DNA from: Terriglobia bacterium
GTDB taxonomy: Bacteria > Acidobacteriota > Terriglobia > 20CM-2-55-15
NCBI GenBank assembly: GCA_963664115.2
Contig: CAXWPJ010000002.1
Location: forward strand, 96,001 to 160,000
Length of the DNA stretch: 64,000 nucleotides
Reading direction: 5' to 3'
The translations under genes were made by a program, and so were the position numbers. Below the pieces are notes generated by a model. The model worked only from the letters and a program-made list of their open reading frames with translations. It did not search any database and was not told the origin of the DNA. Shown here piece by piece: positions 40,290 to 50,544 of this stretch (positions are counted from its first letter, which is position 1; every line of letters starts with the position of its first letter).

Positions 40290-41595
40290 CGACTTCTCCC
40301 TGAAAGCGGTATCGGAACGCATACGCGGTGGCCAATCCTCGTCGGGCCAAACCGTGTCTCTTTTCCTGGACCGGATTGCCCGGGCAGAGAGCAGGATACA
40401 GGCATGGACGACCGTGGACTCCGATGGCGCGTTGGGGCAAGCCGAAGTTTTGGACAGAGAGGCCGCCGAGGGCCGCTATCGGGGCCCACTCCACGGTGTG
40501 CCGGTCGGTATCAAGGACATCTTCAGCACTCGCGGACTCCGAACGACGATGGGTTCGCCTCTGTTTAAAAACAATGTGCCCGATCACGATGCAGCCGTCG
40601 TCGAGCGGCTGAGGGAAGCAGGTGCGATTATCCTCGGAAAAACCGCCACAACCGAGTTCGCGGCCCTCGACCCGGGACCCACGCGAAATCCATGGAATCC
40701 GGAGCACACACCGGGGGGGTCGAGCAGCGGCTCCGCAGCGGCCGTAGCGGCCGGAATGTGCCCGGGAGCCACCGGGTCACAAACCGCAGGCTCGATCGGC
40801 CGCCCTGCTGCGTTTTGCGGTATCGTCGGGCTCATGCCCACCGCATCGCGCATATCGCGGGAAGGCGTCTTCCCCAACTCATGGTCTCTCGACCACGTCG
40901 GCGCGTTCGGACGCAGCGTGGACGACGTCGCTATGATGACGTCGGCCATGTCCTCCCGCCCCCTGAGGCATGACCCTGCCATAGCCGCAACTGAGATCCG
41001 GGTCGGCGTCGTCCGCGAATTCTTTCACGAAAACACCGATACGGAAGCATGGGAGCTTCATGAACAACTCATTGACCGGTTGAAGGGGGCTGGTCCCAAG
41101 GTTGAAGAATTGTCACTGCCGGATACGTTTCCTAATGCGATCGCGGCCTTGAGAACGATCATGCGGGTCGAACTCGCCGCCGCCCATGCCGAATTACATG
41201 CCCAACACCGAGCAGACTATGGCCCTATTCTTCGTGGCCTGGTGGAAAGCGGGCTTCTTATTTCTGCGACCCAGTATCTTCGCGCCCGACGATTGCGGCG
41301 CATCTATCAAAAGGAAATGGGGCAGCTGTTCACCCGTTGTGACGTAATCCTTTCACCGGGCGCCCGGGGACCCGCCCCTTCGGGCCTGGGCAGTACCGGG
41401 GATCCAACGATCTCCGCGCCCTGGACACTGGCTGATTTTCCGACACTTTCCTTGCCGATAGCACTTGTCAAGGACGATCTGCCAGTCGGCATTCAACTCA
41501 GCGCGCAGCGGCTGGATGAAGGTCGGCTCCTCAAAATTGGAAGATGGTTCGAACAGTGGGTGGGGTTTGCGGAACTCCCCGAAATCTACCATTGA
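40279..41595 (+). CDS. Amidase signature family enzyme
   Basis: GVPVGIKD, PGGSSSGSAAAVAAG and GSQTAGSIGRPA motifs. Confidence 0.92.
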   Translation: MTPDDFSLKAVSERIRGGQSSSGQTVSLFLDRIARAESRIQAWTTVDSDGALGQAEVLDREAAEGRYRGPLHGVPVGIKDIFSTRGLRTTMGSPLFKNNVPDHDAAVVERLREAGAIILGKTATTEFAALDPGPTRNPWNPEHTPGGSSSGSAAAVAAGMCPGATGSQTAGSIGRPAAFCGIVGLMPTASRISREGVFPNSWSLDHVGAFGRSVDDVAMMTSAMSSRPLRHDPAIAATEIRVGVVREFFHENTDTEAWELHEQLIDRLKGAGPKVEELSLPDTFPNAIAALRTIMRVELAAAHAELHAQHRADYGPILRGLVESGLLISATQYLRARRLRRIYQKEMGQLFTRCDVILSPGARGPAPSGLGSTGDPTISAPWTLADFPTLSLPIALVKDDLPVGIQLSAQRLDEGRLLKIGRWFEQWVGFAELPEIYH

Positions 41596-41629
41596 AAACG
41601 AGCACCTGAACGTCACTATAAAGAACACT

Positions 41630-42496
41630 ATGGTTCGCGCATCTACAGCCCTGGCACTTCTGAAAGTCCTCATCACCGCAGCCTGGGCGGACTCCGAACT
41701 ATCACAATCCGAATTGAACTACATAAAGGAACTGGCCCGGCGTTTCGACCTGGACGACTCGGACTGGTTCGAACTCCAGCCTTACATTGAAGATCCGGTA
41801 TCCGAGGAGGAGCAGATTGCTGTAGTCCAGGATCTGTTATCGAGAATTGGATCGGCGTCGGAGCGGGAAACGGTAATCCGGCATATCGAAGGCGTCATCA
41901 GCGCCGATGACCGCGTAACCACCGAAGAAAAGGAACTCTTACGCCGCTACGAAGACATTCTGAAAGAGCCTTCATCCCTCGACTTGATGATGAGCCGCGT
42001 CAAGTACCTGTTCCAGTCGCCGCCACCCCAATCGAGAGTGGACGTTGACGAGTTCCTCAAAAACAAGATCCTTTTCAAGTTGCGCCGGAAGGTGGGCGAT
42101 GAGCAGATTACCCCCCAGATGCACCGACTGGCTCTGCTGGGCGGTTTGATGGGCATCGTTGCACACGCCGACCACGACATAAACGAACGCGAGTTACAGG
42201 AAATTCGACGGCGATTGTCCGAGCGCGGCAACTTCGACGAGAGCGCGCTCGATTTACTCCTGACAATTATTCACGAAGAAACCGTTCGCGGACTGGATCG
42301 CTACCGGATGATCAACGAGTATACCGGAAACGCGACACTGGAAGAGCGCACTGAGATCCTGGATCTTCTGTTTGCCGTCGCTGCCGCCGACGGTGGCCTG
42401 ACCCACGCCGAACTGGAAGAATTGCGGGCCATTTCTTCGGCCCTTCACCTGAGCCACAAGCAGTACATCAACGCCAAGATTCGCATAAAAGAATAA
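41630..42496 (+). CDS. Tandem TerB-like domain protein
   Basis: AAWADSEL..E and VAHAD / VAAADG..E motifs. Confidence 0.8.
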   Translation: MVRASTALALLKVLITAAWADSELSQSELNYIKELARRFDLDDSDWFELQPYIEDPVSEEEQIAVVQDLLSRIGSASERETVIRHIEGVISADDRVTTEEKELLRRYEDILKEPSSLDLMMSRVKYLFQSPPPQSRVDVDEFLKNKILFKLRRKVGDEQITPQMHRLALLGGLMGIVAHADHDINERELQEIRRRLSERGNFDESALDLLLTIIHEETVRGLDRYRMINEYTGNATLEERTEILDLLFAVAAADGGLTHAELEELRAISSALHLSHKQYINAKIRIKE

Positions 42497-42539
42497 CGTC
42501 ATTCCGGACTACCCGGACAATCATTCGCTTACCTCCGGA

Positions 42540-43181
42540 TCACACGATAACTCTCGGCTCGTGCATGGAGAACAGCCCTGCGACGGACCGAAAGGTCCCC
42601 AGGGCGGCCCGCTTGAACTGTGCGGGTTTCATCCGAATGAACTCATCGCAGTCGATACGCCGCCCAATGACGAGGTGACCGTCTTTTCGGCGGGTCACTT
42701 CTTTGCCCAGGCCGGCAAACTTGGTTTCCGACCATCCATTCAAGTCTGCCTCCGGTCGCTCGTCGTGCTCGTCCTTGAACCACGCCAATTTTTTCCCGGA
42801 TCCCAACATCAAGCATATCCCCCGGATGTCTCGTCGCCACTTCAGGGCCCATTCAGCTTTGTCGTAGTATTCCGGGCCAAGTTCAAAAAGCAATCGAACG
42901 CAGTTACGCGAGACCGCTATCTTGAAGTGGACGTCCTTCTTGTAACCCCGTTTGTCCGCGCCTAAAGCAGCCCATGTGTCATCTGGAGGATTGACCGTGC
43001 GGCGCATGTGTTTCGCCACATGCACGTGAAGGGGCCGGTCGACCAGGCTTGCTACACCCGGAGCGAGGGCCGCTCCGATATCAGAGAGTTTGGGTTGGAT
43101 CTCGCTGCGAAGCGCTGCCATCCGTTCTTCGAAATCGGAGATATCGAATACTTTGAAATCGTTTGACGTAAACAGGTTCAT
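42540..43181 (-). CDS. DUF1054 (YktB/UPF0637) protein
   Basis: HVAKHMRRTVNPPDDTW and KRGYK..HF motifs. Confidence 0.88.
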   Translation of the reverse strand: MNLFTSNDFKVFDISDFEERMAALRSEIQPKLSDIGAALAPGVASLVDRPLHVHVAKHMRRTVNPPDDTWAALGADKRGYKKDVHFKIAVSRNCVRLLFELGPEYYDKAEWALKWRRDIRGICLMLGSGKKLAWFKDEHDERPEADLNGWSETKFAGLGKEVTRRKDGHLVIGRRIDCDEFIRMKPAQFKRAALGTFRSVAGLFSMHEPRVIV

Positions 43182-43245
43182 GTTCCCTCTTAAGATTTTC
43201 GCTGCCCCGCCTATTCTAAAGCATTGAATCGGACCCGACCCCACC

Positions 43246-45159
43246 ATGTATCCCTGGAAGTCCGTCTTTCCGGGTCTGTCAGAACAATCCGGGACACCGG
43301 CGCTCAGATTCAGTACACTTTTACAGATGTTCCGCGACCGCCGATTCCGACACGATTGCCTGGCACGGCCTTGCCTGGGATTTCTCATTGCGCTGCTGCT
43401 TCTCTCTCCATCTGCCCTTTCAGCGCAGGCGGTCTACGCCGCGAACCAGATCCCGGCCAATGGAGTCCAGATCGAGTGTCGAATTTCCATTGAAGACCCC
43501 CTCGCCCATCTCTATGCAGTAGAAATAGATATTCGGGGTATTCAAGCCGATGACCTCCAACTCGCAATGCCCGCCTGGGCACCGGGTGACCGTCGGATTC
43601 GGGACTTCGCCCGAAACGTCCAGAACTTTCAAGTTCGGTCCCGATCTGGAAATCGTAGCCTGAACTGGGAAAAGACAGACAAGCAAACCTGGGAAATTCT
43701 TAAACGGCCCGACGACGATGTGATCATCACCTACGATGTCTATTCAACGGGACTGACCGCGGAAATGGCAGACATCTCCGGCCCCGCGACATATATGTAC
43801 GTCGTTGGACACAAGCACGTTCCCGTCGCCCTCCGTTACGAGAAACCGCGCCCCTGGGATATTCACACGGGGCTTGAACGTCGCGGCGGCGCCTACCGGG
43901 CGCCCGATTACGATGTCTTCATCGACGCACCGGCCTTTGTCGGAGAGGCCCGAGTCCATGAATTCACGTCTGAGGATGTTCCCTATCGCCTCGTTTTCAG
44001 CGATCCGACTGTGGAGTTCAACGAAGAGCAACTCCTCACGGACATACAAGACATCGTTGAGGCGACCGTGCAACTATTCGGTTCCCCACCGCATAAGAGT
44101 TATACGTTTTTGTTCAAAATCATCCCAACAGCCGGAAGCAGCGGCCTCGAACATCTCAATTCGACGCGCATCACCGTCGGAAGAAACGATTTCGCCAGTG
44201 GGCTCCGGTACGAACGTTTCCTGTTTGTCGTCGCGCACGAATTTGTTCATGTTTGGAACGGAAAGCGTATTCGGCCCTCCTCCGAAAGCACGTTCGACTA
44301 CACGCGTGAAGCACCCACGCGTCTTCTCTGGCTAACGGAGGGCTTGACCAGCTACTACGCACGACTGCTGCTCGCACGTACGCGAATACTGCCGATCCAG
44401 GCCTACCAGGTCCAGCTCGCGCAGGAAATCAATCGGCTCCAGCATGCGCCCGGACGGTTTCTCATGAGCCTGGAGGAAGCCAGCTGGGAAGCCTGGGCCC
44501 CGAGCGACAACAGCGACAACAACAGCATTTCCTACTACACCAAAGGCGAGATCACGGGCTTTCTCCTCGACATCGAAATCCGGGCACGGACCGGAAGCGA
44601 AAAGAGTCTCGACGATGTCATGCGCTATCTCATGGAAACCTATGCCAACCAGGGTGTGGGCGTTCCCGAAGATGGCTTCCTGATGGCCTTGAATACGGTG
44701 GTAGGATCTGATTTTGAGCAGTTCTATGGGTCTGTGATCCAAAGCCGCACGGAGCTCGATTACACAAGCTACGCAGCTCAAGCGGGCTTTCGTGTAAGAG
44801 CCGATCGACAGCTCCCGACTCTATATATGGGAATTCAGTTTGTCGAAGCCGAAGGTGGACTGGCGCGTATTTCGAGAGTGATTCCCGATAGTCCGGCCTC
44901 GGCGGCCGGCCTGGATACCGGGGACATCCTGCTGGCCTTCGCTGACCGCCGCGTTACGTTCAGCAATTTCCAGGGTGAGTTCCGGCGACGGAAACTCGGA
45001 GAGACTATAGACCTGACCATTACGCGTGGAGACCGTATCCTTGTGTTGGAGTTCACACCCAGCGAAATCCAGGAAGAGACCTGGAGCATCGTAGACGAAC
45101 CTAATGCAACCGAGGAACAGATGGAGATCCGGAATCGCTGGATCGGAGAACTCAATTAA
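43246..45159 (+). CDS. M61 glycyl aminopeptidase with PDZ domain
   Basis: MPAWAPG, GLEHLNS, HEFVHVWN, EGLTSYY, SYYTKG and C-terminal PDZ; true start probably further downstream. Confidence 0.92.
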   Translation: MYPWKSVFPGLSEQSGTPALRFSTLLQMFRDRRFRHDCLARPCLGFLIALLLLSPSALSAQAVYAANQIPANGVQIECRISIEDPLAHLYAVEIDIRGIQADDLQLAMPAWAPGDRRIRDFARNVQNFQVRSRSGNRSLNWEKTDKQTWEILKRPDDDVIITYDVYSTGLTAEMADISGPATYMYVVGHKHVPVALRYEKPRPWDIHTGLERRGGAYRAPDYDVFIDAPAFVGEARVHEFTSEDVPYRLVFSDPTVEFNEEQLLTDIQDIVEATVQLFGSPPHKSYTFLFKIIPTAGSSGLEHLNSTRITVGRNDFASGLRYERFLFVVAHEFVHVWNGKRIRPSSESTFDYTREAPTRLLWLTEGLTSYYARLLLARTRILPIQAYQVQLAQEINRLQHAPGRFLMSLEEASWEAWAPSDNSDNNSISYYTKGEITGFLLDIEIRARTGSEKSLDDVMRYLMETYANQGVGVPEDGFLMALNTVVGSDFEQFYGSVIQSRTELDYTSYAAQAGFRVRADRQLPTLYMGIQFVEAEGGLARISRVIPDSPASAAGLDTGDILLAFADRRVTFSNFQGEFRRRKLGETIDLTITRGDRILVLEFTPSEIQEETWSIVDEPNATEEQMEIRNRWIGELN

Positions 45160-45169
45160 CCGGGGGCAA

Positions 45170-45400
45170 ATGATGGAAATCGAACTCATATACTGTCAGT
45201 CCTGAAACTATGAGCCTCAGGCGGTCAGCCTGATCGAGAAGCTCATCACGGAGTTCAAATCCAAAATCAAACGCTTTGTATTGGTGCCGTCCGACGGGGG
45301 GCGCTTCGAAGTGAGTGTGAACGGATCGCTCATATACTCGAAACTTGAAACCGGACGTTTTCCCGAGTACGACGAGATCCACCAGAAACTCCCAACCTAA
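45170..45400 (+). CDS. Rdx-family (SelW/SelT/SelH) selenoprotein, CxxU
   Basis: MMEIELIYCQS-UGA(45203)-NYEPQAVSL..PSDGGRFEVSVNGSLIYSKLETGRFP..; SECIS-like hairpin follows. Confidence 0.9.
45217..45233 (+). promoter_or_regulatory. Bacterial SECIS-like hairpin
   Basis: TCAGGC-GGTCA-GCCTGA beginning 11 nt after the UGA. Confidence 0.75.
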
Positions 45401-45404
45401 GAAG

Positions 45405-45430
45405 GAAGGGCGGCCCGGAAGCCGCCCTTC
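45405..45430. terminator. Terminator hairpin between convergent genes
   Basis: GAAGGGCGGC-N6-GCCGCCCTTC. Confidence 0.75.
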
Positions 45431-45481
45431 AAACATTCATGTACAACTAGATATTTTATTTCTTATCCTTAAGTCCTGTCA

Positions 45482-48400
45482 CTAGTTGTTTCCATTTCCG
45501 CGGCCCGGATTGTCGTTTCCACCACCACCCTGGCCACTGTTCCCACCACCTTGGTTGTCCTTGTCTTGGCCTGGCGGCGTCTTGTCGTCACCCTTATCAG
45601 CGGGCGGATCCTCTTCTCCTCCCTGACCGCCGCCTCCTCGGCGGAATTGCGGTGGCAACTTGTCTTCGCCCTCATTCCGGCCCGGCGGCGTCTTGTCATC
45701 ATCCCCATCCTGGCCTGGCGGTGTCCGGTCGTCATCCCCATCCTGGCCTGGCGGTCTCCGGTCGTCGTTTTTACCCGGCCCACCCTTCCTGCCCGCGACC
45801 GACAAAATCTCTACGTTGGAACGGAGACTCCCGTTTTCAACGTGAACTCCGATATCCAAGGCTTCAGGAGGAGTCTCCGTCAACAGAACGACCAATGTCT
45901 TGTCGTCCACAAACTCCGGTATAAACACCCGGCTCTCGACTCTCCCTTCAAACGTTGCCGACATGACGACGATCGATTCCGCCGTAAACCCCTCTCCACG
46001 CACAGTAACGGAAATGTTTTCGCTTCCGGCCCCGATTGTCTTGGGATTCAGGGATCGAATGAGGGGAACCGCACCTTCGATCGTCAAGGACAAGGTTTCT
46101 TCCGACAGGCCTCCTCCCCCGGGATTACTTACCTGAACCGACTTCTGACCCCGAGCACTCAATATTTCGCGATCAAGGATTCCTACCAGTTCTTCCGTCG
46201 AATTAAAGAGGGTTTTGATCGCCATTCCATCAACAAGGATCTCCGAATTGCCTACAAAGCCCCCGCCCGCTACGGCGATAATCACGCGGCCTTTCGTGGG
46301 TGACAGCGTGGACGGGGTCAGTGAATCCAGAATGGGAGTCGTCGCGCGTATGACGAATGGGAGCCTGGCTTCATCGGATCCACCCCCGGGAGATGGACTG
46401 ACAACCCCGATTTGAAACGATCCAGCCCGTTTTAGAATGCCCCGATTAACGCGACCGATCAGCTCAGAATTGCTCACGAATTCTGTCGGAATACGCGTTC
46501 CGTCCACAGTGACAGCCGTGCGGCTCTCGAAGTTGGAACCCGTCACCGTCAGCGATATAGAAATGGAGTTAACAACTGCTTCCGTTGGAGAAAATCCATC
46601 GATCGCAGGCGGAACACCGGTGACTTGAATCGCAAACGGTGCGGAACCACCGCCCGGAGCGGGATTGGAAATCAAACCATTCAAACGCCCGGAACGTTCG
46701 ATGGCAGCCGGATCCAGTTTCAAGCTGATCGTATCGGCAGCCACCGCCACATCCATGGCGCCGTCAAGACGAACGCTTGTCAGCTCGGGTAGAAAGCCGC
46801 TTCCAGTTATCGTGATTTCGACCGGGCTGTCCGTACCCGCAGACACCTCGGACGGCGAGACGGCATCGACACGAGGTGGAGAGTGCCTCCGTTCAACGAC
46901 GGTAAAGATCAGTGATCCGGATACCTGGGATCCCGGGTTTTCGACAAAGACCGTCTTTTCTCCTGCAATTACGGCACTGGCAGGAACCCGGACAGTGAGC
47001 GTCTGTTGGGACAGGGCACCGGGAACCAAGAGCAGTCCATCGAAAGACACGACGGATGTCCGGTTGAAGTTATTACCTCTCAGCGTCAATACAACGTCCT
47101 TGTCCGCGATCGATTCGTCAGGAGACATACTGATCAGGACCGGGTCGGGACTCTCGACTTCGATATTCGTCACTTCCGGATCGGGCACGGAGCTGCCACC
47201 GCCCGGGCCGGGATTGGTGACGCCAATGTTGAAATTGATCGGCGCGAGTTGAGGGCTAATGAAAGCATTGCCATCGCCCTCGGTGATGGCCTGAGTCGAT
47301 GACCCAACTGCAAGCAGCGAATCGAGCAGGGACCCGAAAACAACAGCCGTCAACTCAGTTGAACTGATGAACGTCGTCGGTAAGGTTGCTCCGTTCAGGT
47401 TGACAACCGATGTGGGGAGGAACCCGGTTCCCCGAATCGTGAGCGTAACGCTGGTCACACCCAAGGGAAATGTTTTCGGCTCGATTTCTGTGATTTGGGG
47501 CTCGGGATTCGGAAGTCGGACGAAGGTGGCATCATTGCTTCCGAAGTTGGCGACAACCGCCAACTGCGCCCCGGGATCCACATCGACGCCAAACGCTGTA
47601 CTTCCGACAGGGACCTCGGCCAAAATCTGCAATTGCCCCAGGTTGATCACCGTCACTGTCGTGATCGCGCCGAGGCTTCCCTGCCCCCGAACAAACCCAC
47701 TGTTGCTGACGACCGCGTTGTTGGAGATCGGATCCACCGCCACTGCAGTCGGACCGTCCCCGACTTCCAGCGTGGCGATCACTGTCAACGACTCAAGGTC
47801 GATTACGGTGACCGTTCCGCCGTTGGCATTCGCGACCACAGCAACGTTCGTCGTCGGGTTGATTGCCACTGCACGTGGAAATTCTCCCGTTGGAACCTGC
47901 CCCACAATGGTTCCCTGCGCCAGATCGATGACTGAGACCTGCATTCCCGCACGTTGGGTGACGAGGGCACGCCCCGTCACCGGATTGACCGCGATACCTC
48001 CGGGCCGATTCTGAACGGGGATCGTGCCGGTAACCGCAAAGGTATTCAGATCGATCACGGCCACGCTGTCGTCCTCGCCGTTGACGACCAGAGCCTGGGC
48101 CTCACCGGGCACGATGGCAACACCGGCCGGAAATCTCCCGACTGCGACCGTCGCTACGACACTCCGGGATCCGATGTCGATAATGGACACATCGTTACTG
48201 CCAACGTTAGCTACGACCGCGAGGCCCAAATCGGGATCGACGTCGAGTTCTGTCGGACTGCGACCCACTTTCACCTGTCCCACGACCTGAAGTTCGTCGA
48301 CGTCAATGAAGAAGACACTGTCCGCCGATTCGCTGGCGACCAAAGCCAATCGTGACAGGGGATCGATCGCAACACCGGCGGGAAATCCTCCGACCCCCAC

Positions 48401-50416
48401 GCGCCCCACGATCAAGGGATTGTCCAGCGCTGGATTCACCTGGAAGTCCAACGAAGACGAGGTTCCTCCGCCTGGAGGTCCGGTAACGACACTGATCGCA
48501 AGCGTTGCCGTTTCGAATAAAGCTGCGGCCGGAAGCACCGCCTGGACCTCGACCGCGCTAACGAAAGTCGTCTGAACAGGTACCCCGTCGAGTTGGACAA
48601 CCGAAGTCGGGCTGAAGTTGGCCCCACCCACGCGCAGATTCAAGGTACTGCTGCCGGCGAAAGTCGCCGACGGCGTGACGAATAATAACGTCGGCGCCGC
48701 GGCTGCAACGACGCCGCCGCTTTCGAAACGGACTCCATCAACGTTCTCTAAAGCCAACTCTATCGTTTGTGTATCCGGGGAAAACTGAGCACCCGGAGCA
48801 CTCGGCCTGAGTGTGTAGGTTCCAGCCGGAAGTTGAGAAAACACGAATGCCCCAAAGCTATCGGTCGTTTCGCTCGTGTTCACCGGGCCTTCCAACGACA
48901 CAGTCACCCCGGAGACGCCCAGACCTGCCTGGGTCACGCTTCCCGTTATCGCCGAGGTCGTCTGCGCAGGCGGAACGAATGCGCCACCGGGAATCTGAGG
49001 GTTTACGTTGGCTAAGGAAAGTCCGTTCGTAGATCCCATCAATGCTGAAGCAATGAGCGCTTGGCTTGATGTGAGGTATGCCCAGACACGAGATTCGGCG
49101 GAGCTGGCCGGCACAAAGGAACTGAAAAGCCCTGATTCCGTTTGTCGAGGAGGAATCGTAATTGTTTCCCTGCCAACAGTGGTTCCATCGTCCCGAAGGA
49201 TAAACAGATCGACAACTGCTTCCTCGGTTCCCACATTGTTCAGGGTCAGACCCGTGAAGAACAGGTCGCTGTCGGCAAAGTGCGCGAAGACCAAATCTCG
49301 CGAGGCAGACACCACGTCAGTGCCCGACACCAGAGCAAACGATGAAGCCGTGAGGTTCCCTAAGCCGATGAACGTCGCCACCTGGCCCAAATCCGACTCA
49401 ACTTCTATCCAGCCCAGACGCAGCTCACCGGAGGGAAAACCGAACAATTCCTCGGCACTCAATCGGAACGATTCGTTGGGTTTGAGCGGTATACGGGCAG
49501 GGTTCGTTTCGCCACTCCATAGGGCTCCACCGGTCTGGTAGGCCGTCAACGTCACTTCCTGACCAATGCCTCCGGCATTCACAATACCGACGTGTGATAT
49601 CCACCCCGCGCCCGTAATAAATTGGGAAAGAATCGCCGTCGTCGAATTCTCTAAGGATTGGCCCGCCAGCATCACCGATTCCCTGCGCAGGGCGGGCGCT
49701 TCCGGAACCTGAAAATCCGCCACTAACTCTAAACCGGCAAGGGGACGATCAGACGTCACTCGCACATGCGATGCTTCGCTGAGGTCGATCGATTCGAACA
49801 CGTCCGTCAGTGTCTGACGGAGAAGCCCACGTGAGGGCACGACGAGTGATGCGGACCCAAGAGTTGATCCATCGCGAGCAAACAAAGTCGCCGACGCGTT
49901 GGCAAGCTCGGGGCTCGGATTTACAAGGGATAATTCCGTCGCCCCGATTCCGTCTTCAGAAACGAGCGGGAACAGAAATTCCGTTAGCGGTTCCGCGACC
50001 GCGGCGCCATCGAGGTCGGTCAGCGCGGAGTTACCATTGAGGAAGAAACCGGTCAATCCGGAAGTCGCACTTGCAGCCTCGACCCAGCCATTGAAGGGCG
50101 TATCGGTACCAAATATTTCCGGATAGATCCGCGTATACTGACCTCCCGCCGGAATTGCAATCGATACAGGATTCTCGACTCCGGACTCCGTTACCAATGA
50201 ACCGTCGGGATTCAGTGCCGTAAAAGTTACTGTGACCGATGAAGGTGTAGGATTGCTGATCGCGAGACCGGTAAAGACCCCGTCAGAAGTGATCACGCGT
50301 GGAAAATGAAGGACGCTCTGGGCCCGTGCTTCGCCTTCCACAGCCAGGGAAAGGCCACACACGGCCAAGCTCAGCAAGCAATATTTGAGTGGGTGCAACC
50401 TGCGAACGAAAGACAT
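45482..50416 (-). CDS. 1644-aa secreted/surface protein: carboxypeptidase-regulatory-like domain, YVTN beta-propeller, multiple IPT/TIG domains, low-complexity tail
   Basis: Signal peptide; VANxGSNxVSxID repeats; repeated G..F..S.V...TFVS..EL / V.NP.PGGG.S. Confidence 0.85.
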   Translation of the reverse strand: MSFVRRLHPLKYCLLSLAVCGLSLAVEGEARAQSVLHFPRVITSDGVFTGLAISNPTPSSVTVTFTALNPDGSLVTESGVENPVSIAIPAGGQYTRIYPEIFGTDTPFNGWVEAASATSGLTGFFLNGNSALTDLDGAAVAEPLTEFLFPLVSEDGIGATELSLVNPSPELANASATLFARDGSTLGSASLVVPSRGLLRQTLTDVFESIDLSEASHVRVTSDRPLAGLELVADFQVPEAPALRRESVMLAGQSLENSTTAILSQFITGAGWISHVGIVNAGGIGQEVTLTAYQTGGALWSGETNPARIPLKPNESFRLSAEELFGFPSGELRLGWIEVESDLGQVATFIGLGNLTASSFALVSGTDVVSASRDLVFAHFADSDLFFTGLTLNNVGTEEAVVDLFILRDDGTTVGRETITIPPRQTESGLFSSFVPASSAESRVWAYLTSSQALIASALMGSTNGLSLANVNPQIPGGAFVPPAQTTSAITGSVTQAGLGVSGVTVSLEGPVNTSETTDSFGAFVFSQLPAGTYTLRPSAPGAQFSPDTQTIELALENVDGVRFESGGVVAAAAPTLLFVTPSATFAGSSTLNLRVGGANFSPTSVVQLDGVPVQTTFVSAVEVQAVLPAAALFETATLAISVVTGPPGGGTSSSLDFQVNPALDNPLIVGRVGVGGFPAGVAIDPLSRLALVASESADSVFFIDVDELQVVGQVKVGRSPTELDVDPDLGLAVVANVGSNDVSIIDIGSRSVVATVAVGRFPAGVAIVPGEAQALVVNGEDDSVAVIDLNTFAVTGTIPVQNRPGGIAVNPVTGRALVTQRAGMQVSVIDLAQGTIVGQVPTGEFPRAVAINPTTNVAVVANANGGTVTVIDLESLTVIATLEVGDGPTAVAVDPISNNAVVSNSGFVRGQGSLGAITTVTVINLGQLQILAEVPVGSTAFGVDVDPGAQLAVVANFGSNDATFVRLPNPEPQITEIEPKTFPLGVTSVTLTIRGTGFLPTSVVNLNGATLPTTFISSTELTAVVFGSLLDSLLAVGSSTQAITEGDGNAFISPQLAPINFNIGVTNPGPGGGSSVPDPEVTNIEVESPDPVLISMSPDESIADKDVVLTLRGNNFNRTSVVSFDGLLLVPGALSQQTLTVRVPASAVIAGEKTVFVENPGSQVSGSLIFTVVERRHSPPRVDAVSPSEVSAGTDSPVEITITGSGFLPELTSVRLDGAMDVAVAADTISLKLDPAAIERSGRLNGLISNPAPGGGSAPFAIQVTGVPPAIDGFSPTEAVVNSISISLTVTGSNFESRTAVTVDGTRIPTEFVSNSELIGRVNRGILKRAGSFQIGVVSPSPGGGSDEARLPFVIRATTPILDSLTPSTLSPTKGRVIIAVAGGGFVGNSEILVDGMAIKTLFNSTEELVGILDREILSARGQKSVQVSNPGGGGLSEETLSLTIEGAVPLIRSLNPKTIGAGSENISVTVRGEGFTAESIVVMSATFEGRVESRVFIPEFVDDKTLVVLLTETPPEALDIGVHVENGSLRSNVEILSVAGRKGGPGKNDDRRPPGQDGDDDRTPPGQDGDDDKTPPGRNEGEDKLPPQFRRGGGGQGGEEDPPADKGDDKTPPGQDKDNQGGGNSGQGGGGNDNPGRGNGNN

Positions 50417-50544
50417 GAGTGCTAACTACCCTATCCTCTGGACTCTTCAGTTTAGGCTGATGACGGGTAGGCTATAACGGGGCCCGAGGGATGTCAAAAG
50501 GCGATTCCTAGGAAGGAGGCTGAAGCGGCCACGGCCGGTCTGTT

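Noticed and set aside
45152-45436. 94-aa minus-strand ORF
   Set aside because: Antisense shadow of the selenoprotein gene.
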